Positions 17,570 through 28,173 are shown, numbered from the stretch's first letter. The stretch: DNA of 64,000 bases from Candidatus Latescibacterota bacterium (GCA_965221775.1 CBDCSU010000006.1:64001-128000), one strand, 5' to 3'. The notes: generated by a model from the letters alone, not told the origin. Numbers and translations are program-made.

Positions 17570-19274
17570 CCTCCACCCGGCCCTCATCCTGGTGGCCGGC
17601 GCCCTGCTGCTGCCGCTGCTGCGGGGCCGCTGGCGGGGGGCGGCGACGGTGGTCCTGCCCCTGGCGGGGTTCCTCAACCTCCTGGGGCTGGAGACCGGGG
17701 ACGAGCTGCGGCTGGGCCTGGCCGGCCTCGAGCTGCACGTGCTGCGCGTCGACCGGCTCAGCCTGATCTTCGGATACCTCTTCCACCTGGCGGCCCTCGT
17801 GGGCGCCGTCTACGCCCTGCATCTGAAGGACTGGCTGCAGCCGACGACGGGCCTGGCCTACGCCGGCAGCGCCGTGGGCGCCGTCTTCGCCGGCGACCTG
17901 GTCACCCTGTTCCTGTTCTGGGAGCTGCTGGCGGTCACCGCGGTCTTCCAGATCTGGGCCCGGAGGACCGAGCGCGCCCTGGGGGCGGGGATGCGCTACC
18001 TCCTCGTCCACGTCACCTCGGGCCTGCTGCTGCTGGCCGCCGCCGCCCTGCGCCACCACGAGACCGGGTCGCTGGCCTTCGGCCCCATGGAGCTGGACGG
18101 CCTGGCGGCGTGGCTGCTGCTGCTGGCCATCGGCGTCAAGTGCGCCTTCCCCCTGCTGCACACGTGGCTCGTCGACGCCTACCCGGAGGCGACGCCCACG
18201 GGCACCGTCTTCCTCTCGGCCTTCACCACCAAGGCCGCCGTCTACTGCCTGGCCCGCGGCTTCGCCGGCGCCGAGGTGCTGATCTGGATCGGGGCGGCGA
18301 TGACCCTCTTCCCGATCTTCTTCGCCGTCATCGAGAACGACCTGCGCCGGGTCCTCGGCTACAGCATGATCAACCAGATCGGCTTCATGGTCGTCGGCGT
18401 CGGCCTCGGCGAGGGGCTGGGGGTGAACGGCGCCGTGGCCCACGCCTTCAACGACGTGTTCTTCAAGGGCGTGCTGTTCATGTCCATGGGGGCCGTCCTG
18501 CTGCGCACGGGACGGATGAACGGCTCCGACCTGGGCGGCCTCTACAAGTCGATGCCGTGGACCGCGGGGTTCTGCATCGTCGGCGCCTCGTCGATCTCGG
18601 CCTTCCCCCTCTTCAGCGGCTTCGTCAGCAAGTCGATGGTCATGGCCGAGGCCGCCCACCAGGGGCACGTCGTGCTGTGGCTGATGCTGCTCTTCGCCTC
18701 GGCGGGGGTCTTCCATCACGCCGGCATCAAGATCCCCTTCTTCGCCTTCTTCTCCCACGACGCCGGCATCCGCTGCCGCGAGGCGCCGCGGAACATGCTG
18801 ATCGCCATGGGCCTGGGGGCCGCCGTCTGCCTCTTCAACGGCATCTGGCCGGGGGTCCTCTACGGACTCCTGCCCTACCCGGTGGTGTTCTCCGACGGCA
18901 CCGTGTACCACCCCTTCGAGCCGAGCCACGTCCTGCACCAGCTGCAGCTCCTGTTCTTCTCGGCCCTCGCCTTCGCCGCCCTCAAGCTGACCCACCTCTA
19001 CCCGCCCGAGCTGCGCTCGGTGAACCTCGAGGTCGACTGGCTCGGGCGGAAGCTGCTGCCCCGGGGGATCCGCAGACTGGTGGATCTCACCGCGCCGCTG
19101 CGCGAGGGGCTCTCAGGCGCGGGCCGGGGCCTGGCGGCGTGGACGATCGATTTCCTCCGTCCCGATCACGGACCCGCCGCCTGGGCGGAACGGACCTGGC
19201 TCACCAGCACCTCCGTCCTCGTCGTCGTCGGGGTCCTGGCGGCGTACCTGCTCTACGTCTACCGGACGTTCTGA
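17559..19274 (+). CDS. mrpD: Third MrpD-like Na+/H+ antiporter subunit
   Basis: GDLVTLFLFWE, HTWLVDAYPEAT, SAFTTK and PLFSGFVSK. Confidence 0.85.
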   Translation: MSGSLHPALILVAGALLLPLLRGRWRGAATVVLPLAGFLNLLGLETGDELRLGLAGLELHVLRVDRLSLIFGYLFHLAALVGAVYALHLKDWLQPTTGLAYAGSAVGAVFAGDLVTLFLFWELLAVTAVFQIWARRTERALGAGMRYLLVHVTSGLLLLAAAALRHHETGSLAFGPMELDGLAAWLLLLAIGVKCAFPLLHTWLVDAYPEATPTGTVFLSAFTTKAAVYCLARGFAGAEVLIWIGAAMTLFPIFFAVIENDLRRVLGYSMINQIGFMVVGVGLGEGLGVNGAVAHAFNDVFFKGVLFMSMGAVLLRTGRMNGSDLGGLYKSMPWTAGFCIVGASSISAFPLFSGFVSKSMVMAEAAHQGHVVLWLMLLFASAGVFHHAGIKIPFFAFFSHDAGIRCREAPRNMLIAMGLGAAVCLFNGIWPGVLYGLLPYPVVFSDGTVYHPFEPSHVLHQLQLLFFSALAFAALKLTHLYPPELRSVNLEVDWLGRKLLPRGIRRLVDLTAPLREGLSGAGRGLAAWTIDFLRPDHGPAAWAERTWLTSTSVLVVVGVLAAYLLYVYRTF

Positions 19275-19355
19275 CCGGCCACGGCCGGCCCGCGCCTCCG
19301 CCCGAACCGCGGCGGGGGTTGCATCCCCGGGTGGCCGCGGACGCGTGACCCGGCC

Positions 19356-19860
19356 TCAGGCCTCGAGCCCGAGGGCCGCCAGCACGGCCTCGGCCGGCCT
19401 CTTCCGGGGTGCCGGAGACGTCCACGAGGAGCGCGTTGACGGGCGTCTCGAGGGCCTCGAACTGGCTGCGGAGGAGGCCGGCGGGCATGTAGCGGTGGAC
19501 GCGGCGGCGCAGGCGATCGGCGATGAGCGCCTCGGGGGCGGAGAGGTGGACGAAGCGGACCCGGTCCCGGCGGGGGCCGCGCAGGACGGCGCGGTAGCTC
19601 TCCTTGAGGGCCGAGCAGCCGAGGAGGCAGCTGCGGCCGGTGTCGAGGCGCCCGCCGATCTCATCGGACAACCGGCGGAGCCAGGGCCAGCGGTCCTCGT
19701 CGCGCAGGGGGATGCCGGCGGCCATCCTGGCCACGTTGGCCTCGGGGTGGAAGTCGTCGCCGTCGAGGAAGGGCCAGCCGAGGCGCTCTTCGAGGAGGCG
19801 GCCCACGGTGGTCTTGCCGCATCCGGTGACGCCCATGAGCACCACGGCCACCGCGTCCAT
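19356..19860 (-). CDS. gntK: Gluconokinase (GntK/IdnK type) with an apparent 1-nt frameshift near the 3' end
   Basis: [35 protein letters not shown] and [17 protein letters not shown]. The natural end [12 protein letters not shown] lies in another frame after about 19395. Confidence 0.85.
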
Positions 19861-19984
19861 CGTCTCCGTTCCCCCGCGGGCTTGCGGTAGAGCCGCTTCC
19901 GGAGCTGGAGCGGCGCCCCCCCGCGCCGCTCGTGGCGCCGGGGGTTTCCAGTATAGACATTTGCCCCCGGGGATCCCGAACGCC

Positions 19985-20896
19985 ATGCCCGAGCTGCCCG
20001 ATGTCCTCGCCTACCTGACCGCCCTGGAGCGCGGGGTCCGCGGCCGTGTGATCGAGGCGATCCAGCTGCGCAGCCCCTTCCTGGTGCGCACCGTCGACCC
20101 CCGGCTCGACGCCGCCGAGGGCCTGCGGGTGGCCGCCTTCCGCCGCATCGGCAAGCGCATCGTCTGGGAGCTGGAGGACGACCTGTTCCTCGTCTTCCAC
20201 CTGATGATCGCCGGCCGGTTTCACTGGAAGAAGGCCGGCACCCGGCCGACGCGGAAGGTCGACCTGGCGGCCTTCCACTTCGACACGGGAACGCTGATGC
20301 TCACCGAGGCCGGCTCGAAGAAGCGGGCCTCCCTGCACGTCATCCGCGGCGCCGGCGGGCTGGCCGACCACGACCCGGGCGGCCTGGAGGTGCTGGAGGC
20401 GAACCTCGACGAGTTCGCCAGCGTCCTGCGCAGCCGCAACCACACCCTCAAGCGGGCCCTCACCGACCCGCGGCTGTTCTCCGGCATCGGCAACGCCTAC
20501 TCCGACGAGATCCTCCACGCCGCCGGGCTGTCGCCGGTGAAGTGGACCTCCCGCCTCGGCGACGACGAAGTGGAGCGCCTCTACGAGGCCGCGCGCTCGA
20601 CCCTGGAGGACTGGTGCGCCCGCCTCCGGGCCGAGGCCGAGCAGGCCTTCCCCGAGAAGGTCACCGCCTTCCGCCCCGAGATGGCCGTCCACGGCCGCTA
20701 CGGCAAGCCCTGCCCCGCCTGCGGCACCGCCGTGCAGGAGATCGCCTACGCCTCGAAGGAGACCAACTACTGCCCGCGGTGCCAGACCGGGGGCCGGGTG
20801 CTGGCGGACCGGCAGTTGTCGCGCATGCTGAAGAACGACTGGCCGCGGACGATCGAGGAGCTGGAGGCGCGGCTCGGGACCGCCGGCGCGGACTGA
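19985..20896 (+). CDS. Fpg/Nei-family DNA glycosylase/AP lyase
   Basis: N-terminal MPELPDV, RIGK, HLMIAG, H2TH motif [11 protein letters not shown] and zinc finger CPAC...CPRCQ. Confidence 0.9.
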   Translation: MPELPDVLAYLTALERGVRGRVIEAIQLRSPFLVRTVDPRLDAAEGLRVAAFRRIGKRIVWELEDDLFLVFHLMIAGRFHWKKAGTRPTRKVDLAAFHFDTGTLMLTEAGSKKRASLHVIRGAGGLADHDPGGLEVLEANLDEFASVLRSRNHTLKRALTDPRLFSGIGNAYSDEILHAAGLSPVKWTSRLGDDEVERLYEAARSTLEDWCARLRAEAEQAFPEKVTAFRPEMAVHGRYGKPCPACGTAVQEIAYASKETNYCPRCQTGGRVLADRQLSRMLKNDWPRTIEELEARLGTAGAD

Positions 20897-20900
20897 CTCC

Positions 20901-21803
20901 GTGGCCTCCCCCGTCGACGTCGCCGGTCTCGGAATGATCACCGTGGACCACCTCTTCCGGGTGCCGGAGCTGCCCGCCGTCGGCGCTCCCCGCCGGGCCT
21001 CGGGCCACGCGCGCGCCTGCGGCGGCCCCGTGCCCAACGCCCTGGCGTGCCTGTCGCGCCTCGGGGTCTCGACCCGCTTCGTCGGCAAGGTGGGCGACGA
21101 CGAGGAGGGCGACTTCGCGAGGTCGGAGCTTCGCCGCCGCGGCGTCGACGTCTCCCGGGTGCGGGTGGCCCGGGGGCGGTCCCGCCTCGTCCTGGTCCTC
21201 GTCGAGGAGGACGGGGGCGAGCGCGCCTTCGTCTCCCGGCCGGAGTCCTTTCCGCCCCTGACCGGCGCCGACCTGAAGCCGGAGGACGTGGCCGGCGCCC
21301 GGGTCCTGCACCTCGACGACGCCGACGACGCCGCCATCGGCGCCGCCCGCCGGGCGCGCGCAGGCGGAGCCGCCGTCGTCCTCGACGGCACCTGGCAGAG
21401 CGACCGCCTGGAGGAGCTGCTGCCGCTGGTCGACCACGCGGTGGTGAGCGGGTTCTTCGCCCGCCGCTGGCTCCCCGGCGCCGGGCGTTGGCAGGTGCTG
21501 CGGCGGCTGCGCGCCCTCGGGGCGGGCACCGCGGTCCTGACCCGCGGCGAGCGCGGCGCCGCCGCCGAGGACCACCGCGGCCGGGTCGAGGTTCCGGCGC
21601 CCTCGGTGGAGGTGGTCGACACCACCGGCGCCGGAGACGCCTTTCACGGGGGGTTCATCTTCGGAGTGCTCCAGGGCTGGCCCCTGGAGCGGACCCTGCC
21701 CTTCGCCTGCGCCGCGGGCGCCCTGAACTGCCGCGCCCTCGGCGGACAGGCCGGACTCCCGAGCCGGGAAGAGGTCGAGGGGCTGCTGGCGGCGAGCCCC
21801 TGA
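20901..21803 (+). CDS. PfkB-family carbohydrate kinase
   Basis: GGPVPNA, FVGKVGDD and VDTTGAGDAFHGG. Confidence 0.9.
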   Translation: MASPVDVAGLGMITVDHLFRVPELPAVGAPRRASGHARACGGPVPNALACLSRLGVSTRFVGKVGDDEEGDFARSELRRRGVDVSRVRVARGRSRLVLVLVEEDGGERAFVSRPESFPPLTGADLKPEDVAGARVLHLDDADDAAIGAARRARAGGAAVVLDGTWQSDRLEELLPLVDHAVVSGFFARRWLPGAGRWQVLRRLRALGAGTAVLTRGERGAAAEDHRGRVEVPAPSVEVVDTTGAGDAFHGGFIFGVLQGWPLERTLPFACAAGALNCRALGGQAGLPSREEVEGLLAASP

Positions 21804-21968
21804 GCGAGGCCGCGGCCCTGGCGCGGCGGCGCCCTCGCCCTCGCCCGCTCCCGGCGCAAGGGAGGGTGCTTTCCCGCGCCATCCCGAGGCGGTATTGTGT
21901 GAGCCCGGGAGGGACGCCGGCGGGAGGACGAAACCGGCGGCGTGGCCCCCCGGGGATGGGAAAGGCCG

Positions 21969-22922
21969 ATGGATCTCCCCGGACTCCGAGGCTCGTCGAG
22001 CCGCCGCCGGCTGCTCGCCCTGGCATGCGCCGCGGCCCTGGCGGCCGAGGCGGCGTGGTCCGCCGAGACGATCCCCCTGCAGCTGGTCCGCGCCCTGCCG
22101 GTGGAGGGCCTCGACAACGCCCACCCCTCGGGCCTGACGATCGTCGACGGCCAGCTCTACGCCGTCTCCGACCAGCACGACCACGCCGTCTGCCGCATCC
22201 GCCTGCACCCCGACCGCGCCGTCCTCGAGCCTCACGTCACCTTCAACGCCCCCTGGTCGGGCGCCTGGGTCCTCTCCCTCGACTTCGAGGGGATCGCCTA
22301 CAAGGACGGTTTCTTCTTCCTGGTGAGCGAGGCCATCCTGCGGGTGCTGCGGGTCCACGAGACCGGCACCGACCTGGCCTGGGTCACCCCCGGCGTCGAG
22401 AAGGAGGGCCTGGAGGCCGGGCTCTTCGGCGACCGGAAGGCCCGCCTCGAGGGCCTGGCCCTCCTCGGCGGGGGCCGCCTCCTGCTGGCCGCCGAGCGCG
22501 CCCCCCGGGGCCTGGTGGAGGTCGTCATCGCTCCCGGCGGCGGCGAGGCGGCGGTCTCCGCCCACGCCTTCGGCGAGTCCCTGCTGGAGCTGCCGGAACC
22601 GCTGGAGCCCGACTTCTCCGACCTGTTCTACGACGGCAAGGACCTCTACGCCCTGAGCCGCAACGCCGAGGCGGTGCTGCGCATCGAGTACGAGGCCGGC
22701 GAGCTGCGGGAGCTGGCCTTCTGGAGCTTCGGCGAGGTCACCGGCGCGCCGGAGTACCGATACCTGAACCAGCGCTCCGGCCGGGCCGAGGGTTTGTGCA
22801 TGGACGCCGAGCACGTGTACGTCGTGCTCGACAACAACGACCGCGGCCGGCAGACCGACCCCGGGGACACGCGCCCCCTGCTGTTCCTCTTCCGGCGGCC
22901 CCCTGCCGCGGCGGCGGACTAG
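21969..22922 (+). CDS. Secreted beta-propeller protein (SdiA-regulated / phytase-like esterase type)
   Basis: Signal peptide RRRLLALACAAALAA. Repeated SGL/EGI/EGL/SDL blades, YAVSD and VVLDNN. Confidence 0.65.
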   Translation: MDLPGLRGSSSRRRLLALACAAALAAEAAWSAETIPLQLVRALPVEGLDNAHPSGLTIVDGQLYAVSDQHDHAVCRIRLHPDRAVLEPHVTFNAPWSGAWVLSLDFEGIAYKDGFFFLVSEAILRVLRVHETGTDLAWVTPGVEKEGLEAGLFGDRKARLEGLALLGGGRLLLAAERAPRGLVEVVIAPGGGEAAVSAHAFGESLLELPEPLEPDFSDLFYDGKDLYALSRNAEAVLRIEYEAGELRELAFWSFGEVTGAPEYRYLNQRSGRAEGLCMDAEHVYVVLDNNDRGRQTDPGDTRPLLFLFRRPPAAAAD

Positions 22923-23680
22923 GGGCCGAAGCCGCTGGGGCCCTCGAAGCCGGCCGCCTCCGTGCCCAGGCGCACGAAGGCCTCGGCGAACTCGCAGCCC
23001 TTCATCCAGGCCGTGGACTGGGCCTCCAGGGCGCGGTAGCGAGCCAGGGTCTCGTAGCGGTCGGGCAGGTCCGGCTGGGCCTTCAGGTGCTCCAGGGCCT
23101 CGCGCTTGCGGGCCTGCGCCGGGCCGATGTCGACGAACAGGTTGGGCAGGAAGCGGGCCACCGGCGCCGTGCCCAGGGTGGTCTCGTAGAACGCCACCTG
23201 GGGCGCCGGCGTGGGCGGCTCGTCGAGCTCGAGGCCGGGCCGGGAGCAGTAGCGGCTGGCCCAGACCACGGCGCGGGTCGTCTCCATGTGATCGGGGTGC
23301 AGGACGTCGTCGATCCAGTGGCTCAGCACCAGGTCGGGCCGGAAGCGGCGGAACAGGGTCAGCAGCTGCTGCCGGCGGTCCTCGTCGACGACGAGGGGGC
23401 TGTCGCCCCAGTCGAGGCACTCGATCTCGGCGCCGAGGACCTGCGCCGCCGCGCTCATCTCCCGTCCCCTCTCGGCTTTCACTTCCTCCATCGTCGGCGC
23501 CGGCTGCCGCGCCCACAGGGCGGGTGACTCGCACTTCTCCCCGTAGCTGAGGTCGTAGACGCGGACCTCGCTGCCCTTGTCCGTCAGCCGCGCGATGGTG
23601 CCCCCGGCGCGGGAGCAGAAGTCGGCGGCGTGGGCGCTGAAGACCAGCACCCGCCTTCCCTCTCGAATCATGTCGCTCAC
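22919..23680 (-). CDS. PIG-L/LmbE-family protein, GalB (4-oxalmesaconate hydratase)-like
   Basis: SAHAADFCSRAGG, LSYGE.CES..LW and HPDH, resembling the GalB-type SAHAADFVWRAGG motif. Confidence 0.75.
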   Translation of the reverse strand: MSDMIREGRRVLVFSAHAADFCSRAGGTIARLTDKGSEVRVYDLSYGEKCESPALWARQPAPTMEEVKAERGREMSAAAQVLGAEIECLDWGDSPLVVDEDRRQQLLTLFRRFRPDLVLSHWIDDVLHPDHMETTRAVVWASRYCSRPGLELDEPPTPAPQVAFYETTLGTAPVARFLPNLFVDIGPAQARKREALEHLKAQPDLPDRYETLARYRALEAQSTAWMKGCEFAEAFVRLGTEAAGFEGPSGFGP

Positions 23681-23860
23681 TCGTGCCTCCTCGGATGGCC
23701 TGCGGTCAGTGGAGCGGGAGATTCAAGTCTACCCGGCGGTGCCGATCAACGCCGGGCCTCGTACCGCCCTCCCATGGCACTCGGCCGGATGACACCTGGC
23801 GCCGTGCGGCGGCGATCCCTCTATCTTACCCGCTCACCCCGATCGATCCCAGGAGACCTC

Positions 23861-25090
23861 ATGCGCTTCGACCTGTTGCTGCGCGGCGGGCACGTCATCG
23901 ACCCGGCCAACGGCATCGACCAAGTCCGTGACGTGGCCGCCGCCGGGGGCCGCGTCGCCGCCGTGGACACCCGCATCCCGCCCGACCAGGCGGCTCGCGT
24001 CATCGACGTGAGCGGCCTCTACGTCACCCCCGGCCTGGTGGACATCCACGTCCACCTCTACGCCACCCCCGGCAACCCCCAGGGGTGGGCCGGCGACAAG
24101 AGCGTCCTGCCCGACGGCTTCAGCTTCCGCGCCGGCACGACGACCATGGTCGACACCGGATCGGCCGGGTACCGCAACCTCCCCGACTTCCGCAACCGGG
24201 TCCTCGACCGCTTCCAGACGCGCACCTACGCCCTCGTCAACATCGTCGGCCTGGGCATGACCATGATGCCGGCGGAGCAGAACGTCCACGACATGGACCC
24301 GGAGGCCTGCGCCGGCGTCGCCCGCGAGCACGAGGACGTGGTCGTGGGCCTGAAGTGCGCCCACTACATCCCCCCCGACTGGACCCAGGTGGACCGCGTC
24401 CTCGAGGCCGGCGAGCAGGCGGAGATGCCGGTCATGGTCGACTTCGGGTTCTTCAAGCGGGAGCGCCCGTACTACGAGCTCGTGGGGCGCAGGCTCAGGC
24501 CCGGGGACATCTCCACCCACGTCTACCGCGGTCCCGTGCCCTGCGTCGACGCCGAGGGACGGGTCCTGCCCTACCTGCCCGCCGCCCGCGAGCGGGGCGT
24601 GCTCTTCGACGTCGGCCACGGGGCCGGCAGCTTCTGCTTCCGCAACGCCGTGCCGTGCGTGGAGCAGGGCTTCTGGCCGGACTCGATCTCCACCGACCTG
24701 CACCACAGCAGCATGAACCTGGGCATGCTAGACATGCCGACGACGATGTCGAAGTTCCTCGTCCTGGGCATGCCCCTGGCCGACGTGGTGCGGCTGTCGA
24801 CGGTGGAGCCGGCCCGCGTCATCGGCCGGCCGGAGCACGGCACCCTGTCCGTGGGCGCCGCCGCCGACGTGGCCGTCCTGCGGCTGGAGGAGGGCCGCTT
24901 CGGCTACATGGACTCCTTCGACGGCCGGCTCGAGGGCGACCGCCGCCTGCTCTGCGAGCTCACCCTCAAGGACGGAGAGGTCGTCTGGGACTGGAACGCC
25001 CGCTCCGGCACCGACTACCGCGAGCTGCCGCCGACGTACGGGGTCCGCGACCAGGAAGAGCTGGTCATGCCCCCGGCGGCGAGTGCCTGA
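23861..25090 (+). CDS. Dihydroorotase-like amidohydrolase/deacetylase
   Basis: PGLVDIHVH, TTMVDTGSAG, FDVGHGAGSF and ISTDLH. Confidence 0.85.
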   Translation: MRFDLLLRGGHVIDPANGIDQVRDVAAAGGRVAAVDTRIPPDQAARVIDVSGLYVTPGLVDIHVHLYATPGNPQGWAGDKSVLPDGFSFRAGTTTMVDTGSAGYRNLPDFRNRVLDRFQTRTYALVNIVGLGMTMMPAEQNVHDMDPEACAGVAREHEDVVVGLKCAHYIPPDWTQVDRVLEAGEQAEMPVMVDFGFFKRERPYYELVGRRLRPGDISTHVYRGPVPCVDAEGRVLPYLPAARERGVLFDVGHGAGSFCFRNAVPCVEQGFWPDSISTDLHHSSMNLGMLDMPTTMSKFLVLGMPLADVVRLSTVEPARVIGRPEHGTLSVGAAADVAVLRLEEGRFGYMDSFDGRLEGDRRLLCELTLKDGEVVWDWNARSGTDYRELPPTYGVRDQEELVMPPAASA

Positions 25091-25093
25091 GGC

Positions 25094-25999
25094 GTGGCCC
25101 ACCTCCTCGGCGCCCACGTGTCGATCGCCGGCGGACTGCACCGGGCCTTCGACCGGGCCCTGGAGGCCACCTGCGACGCCATGCAGGTCTTCAACAAGGC
25201 GAACCACCAGTGGGCGGCGCGCGACCTCGAGCCCGGGGGGCTGGAGCTCTGGTTCGAGGCGATGACGGAGACGGGCGTCCTGGTGGCCTGCTCCCACAAC
25301 AGCTACCTGATCAACCTGGCGACGCCCGATGCACAGCTGCGGGAGAAGTCGTGCCGGTCCTTCCGCGAGGAGGTGGAGCGCTGCCACGTGCTCGGTATCC
25401 CCAACCTCGTCTTCCACCCCGGGGCCCACCTCGGCTCGGGCGTCGACGCGGGGGTGGCGCGGATCGCCGAAGCCTGCAACCGCGTCTTCGACGAGTTGCC
25501 CGGCAGCGAGGTCGTCCTCTGCCTGGAGACGACCGCCGGGACCGGCACCCACCTGGGGGCCCGCTTCGAGGAACTGGCCGCGATCATCGACCGGGTGGAC
25601 AACCGGGCGATGATGGGCGTGTGCCTGGACACGTGCCACGTCTTCGCCGCCGGTTACGACCTGGCCGGCGCCGAGGGCTATGCGGGGATGATGGATCGAC
25701 TCGCGGAGACCGTCGGCCTGGAGAGGCTCAAGGTCCTGCACGTGAACGACAGCAAGACGCCCCTGGGCTCGCGGCGGGACCGCCACGAGCACATCGGCGC
25801 CGGCTGCATCGGTCTCCGGGGGTTCCGCAACGTCCTCGCCGACCCGCGCCTGCGCGGGCTGCCCATGATCCTGGAGACGCCGAAGGGGCCCGACCTGGCC
25901 GAGGACGTGATGAACCTCGGGACCCTGCGCCGCCTGGCGGGAGAGCGGACCGCAGCGGTCCGGGGGCCTCAGCCGGCGGCCTGCTCCAGGAGCTGGTAG
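25094..25999 (+). CDS. nfo: Endonuclease IV (AP endonuclease)
   Basis: GAHVSIAGG, HNSYLINLA, FHPG, CLDTCHVFAAGYD, HVNDSK, DRHEHIG and ILETP. Confidence 0.95.
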   Translation: MAHLLGAHVSIAGGLHRAFDRALEATCDAMQVFNKANHQWAARDLEPGGLELWFEAMTETGVLVACSHNSYLINLATPDAQLREKSCRSFREEVERCHVLGIPNLVFHPGAHLGSGVDAGVARIAEACNRVFDELPGSEVVLCLETTAGTGTHLGARFEELAAIIDRVDNRAMMGVCLDTCHVFAAGYDLAGAEGYAGMMDRLAETVGLERLKVLHVNDSKTPLGSRRDRHEHIGAGCIGLRGFRNVLADPRLRGLPMILETPKGPDLAEDVMNLGTLRRLAGERTAAVRGPQPAACSRSW

Positions 26000-26811
26000 C
26001 GCTCGGGACCCCGCATCCGGCCGAGGGCGCGCTCCTTCAACTGGCGCACGCGCTCCCGCGTGAGACCCATGGACCCGCCGATCTGCTCGAGGGTCAGGGG
26101 TTCCTCCCCGTCGAGACCGTAATAGCAGCGCACGATGTAGCGCTCGCGGTCCTCGAGGGTGGCCAGCACGCCCTCGATCCGGGCCCGGCAGTCGCGCTCG
26201 GAGACGGCGTCGTCGGCCAGGTCGACGGACTCGTCGGGGATCGTGCTCAGCAGGTTGCGGTCGTCGCCCTCCTCGAAGGTGCGGTCGAGGGAGGTCTCGG
26301 GCCGCCCCTTCAGCATCGTCTCAAGGACCTCGGCCTCGGCCAGGCCCAGGTTCTCGGCGATCTCGGCCACCGTGACATCGCGCTGGTCGCCGCCGAGATG
26401 GTGAGTCGCCCGGTTGATGTCGCGCATCATGTTCTGGCGCGTCACCGGCACCCGCACCGTGCGCGTCTGATCCGTCAGGGTCTGCATGATCGACTGGCGG
26501 ATCCACCAGACGGCGTAGGAGATGAACTTGAAACCCCGCTCGCCGTCGAAGCGGTCCGCCGCCTTCATGAGGCCCATGTTGCCGGCGCTCACCAACTCGG
26601 CCATGGTGAGCCCGCGGTTCTGGTACTGGCGGGCCACGTCGACGACGAAGCGCAGGTTGGCCCGCACCAGCTCGTCGCGGGCCTCCATGTCCCCCCGGGT
26701 GATGCGCTCCGCCAGCTCGACCTCGCGCTCCCGCGACAGGGGCTGGGAGTCCTCGATGTCGTGGAAGTAGCGGCGCAGGACCTCGGCGTCGTCGTCGACG
26801 TGGATGACCAT
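25969..26811 (-). CDS. RpoD/SigA-family sigma-70 factor lacking region 1.1
   Basis: LVRANLRFVV, GNMGLMKAADRFD..RGFKFISYAVWWIRQSI and TLEQIG...TRERVRQ. Confidence 0.92.
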   Translation of the reverse strand: MVIHVDDDAEVLRRYFHDIEDSQPLSREREVELAERITRGDMEARDELVRANLRFVVDVARQYQNRGLTMAELVSAGNMGLMKAADRFDGERGFKFISYAVWWIRQSIMQTLTDQTRTVRVPVTRQNMMRDINRATHHLGGDQRDVTVAEIAENLGLAEAEVLETMLKGRPETSLDRTFEEGDDRNLLSTIPDESVDLADDAVSERDCRARIEGVLATLEDRERYIVRCYYGLDGEEPLTLEQIGGSMGLTRERVRQLKERALGRMRGPERYQLLEQAAG

Positions 26812-26932
26812 GGGGTTCCTCGTGGGTTGCAGGAGACCGGTCTGTTCCCCCTCCCCGCCTCCCTGTCGCGGCCGAGAGCGGATTCACCAGAACATCCATA
26901 TACGCGTTGATCGCGCAACCGCCGGAAAGCAA

Positions 26933-26964
26933 ACGACCTCCCCGGCGGGTGCGGGGGAGGTCGT
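26933..26964 (-). terminator. Probable intrinsic terminator between the oxidoreductase and the sigma gene
   Basis: 11-bp stem ACGACCTCCCC/GGGGAGGTCGT followed on the minus strand by TTGCTTT. Confidence 0.5.
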
Positions 26965-27006
26965 CGGAGGGGCGGGCCGGAGTCGGGAGCGGACTTCGGG
27001 CGCCGG

Positions 27007-28173
27007 TCAGGCGCGGCCGAGACGCCGGTCCTCGACCTGCAGCCACTCCCCGTAGGGGCGCGGCATCTCCGCCGGCTCGCCGAGGCCGGCCGCCGCCCGC
27101 CAGGCCTCCAGGGGGTGGCCCCGGTCGGCCTGGGGCAGCTCCACCTCCCGGCGGTGGGCGCCGGACTCGAAGATCCCCATGAGGATCTCCATCACGTGGC
27201 GGCCCTCGATGCCGCTGCACTCGTGCTCGCGGCCCTCGTCGAGGGCGCGCACGTACTCGTCGGCGTAGTTGTAGTCGGCCTCGGTGGACGGGCCCTCCGG
27301 GTCGTAGTGATCGGGGACGATGCTCTCCAGGTGCTGCCACTCGACCCCGGAGCCGGGCACGTCGTGGGGCGCCGGCAGGAGCCAGGCGTTGCGCATCGTC
27401 CAGAACAGGCGGCCCTCCGAGCCGTACACCTCCAGGCAGTACCCGGTGGAGTCGACCACGGGGAAGCGGTGCTGCACGAGGACGCCGGTGAGGCCGTGGC
27501 CCTCGCAGGGATCGAAGCGCAGGTTGGCGGTCACGTGCTCGCCGGCGACGATGCCCATGCCCGAGGCCGCCGGGACCACGTCCTCGGGGGTGACCGGCCG
27601 GCCCGCGGTGAGGGCCGTGGCCTGCACCGACCGGCAGTGGCCGGCGAGGCCGATCATGTTGTTGAGCATGTGGGTGCCGATGTTCATCAGACCGTAGCCG
27701 GCGTAGTACCCCTTGCAGCTGCCGAGGAGGAACCGGAGGGCGCCGATGGCGCCCTCGTCGACGGCCTTCTTCACGGCGCGCATGGCCCCTCCCGTGCGCC
27801 CCTGGTGGTGGACGGCGATGCGCACCCCCTTCCCGGCGGCCCGGTCGATGACCCGGTCGGCCTCGTCCAGGGCCTGGCACATGGGCTTCTCCACGTCGAT
27901 GGAGACCCCGTGCTCGAGAACGCCCATGGACAGGGCGTAGTGGAACTCGGTGCCCGTGGGGATGGCGACGATGTCCGGGGCCTCCTGCTCGATCATGCGG
28001 TGGTAGTCGTCGTAGCGCGCCGACACACCCAGCTCCCCGCCGAGTTCCTCGAGCCGTTCCGGCACCAGGTCGCAGAGGGCCACGACTTCGGTCCGCGGAT
28101 GCTGGAAGTAGGCGCGTCCCGCGGCTCCGCCGCGGCCCCGGCACCCGAGAATGGCTACGCGATAGGTCTTCAT
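27007..28173 (-). CDS. Gfo/Idh/MocA-family oxidoreductase
   Basis: Start MKTYRVAILGCRGRG after GGAG; motifs VEKPM and NIGTH. Confidence 0.9.
   Translation of the reverse strand: MKTYRVAILGCRGRGGAAGRAYFQHPRTEVVALCDLVPERLEELGGELGVSARYDDYHRMIEQEAPDIVAIPTGTEFHYALSMGVLEHGVSIDVEKPMCQALDEADRVIDRAAGKGVRIAVHHQGRTGGAMRAVKKAVDEGAIGALRFLLGSCKGYYAGYGLMNIGTHMLNNMIGLAGHCRSVQATALTAGRPVTPEDVVPAASGMGIVAGEHVTANLRFDPCEGHGLTGVLVQHRFPVVDSTGYCLEVYGSEGRLFWTMRNAWLLPAPHDVPGSGVEWQHLESIVPDHYDPEGPSTEADYNYADEYVRALDEGREHECSGIEGRHVMEILMGIFESGAHRREVELPQADRGHPLEAWRAAAGLGEPAEMPRPYGEWLQVEDRRLGRA

Noticed and set aside
25969-25999. 31-nt convergent overlap of nfo and the sigma gene
   Set aside because: Short tail-to-tail overlaps are common in high-GC genomes; there is no evidence of function.
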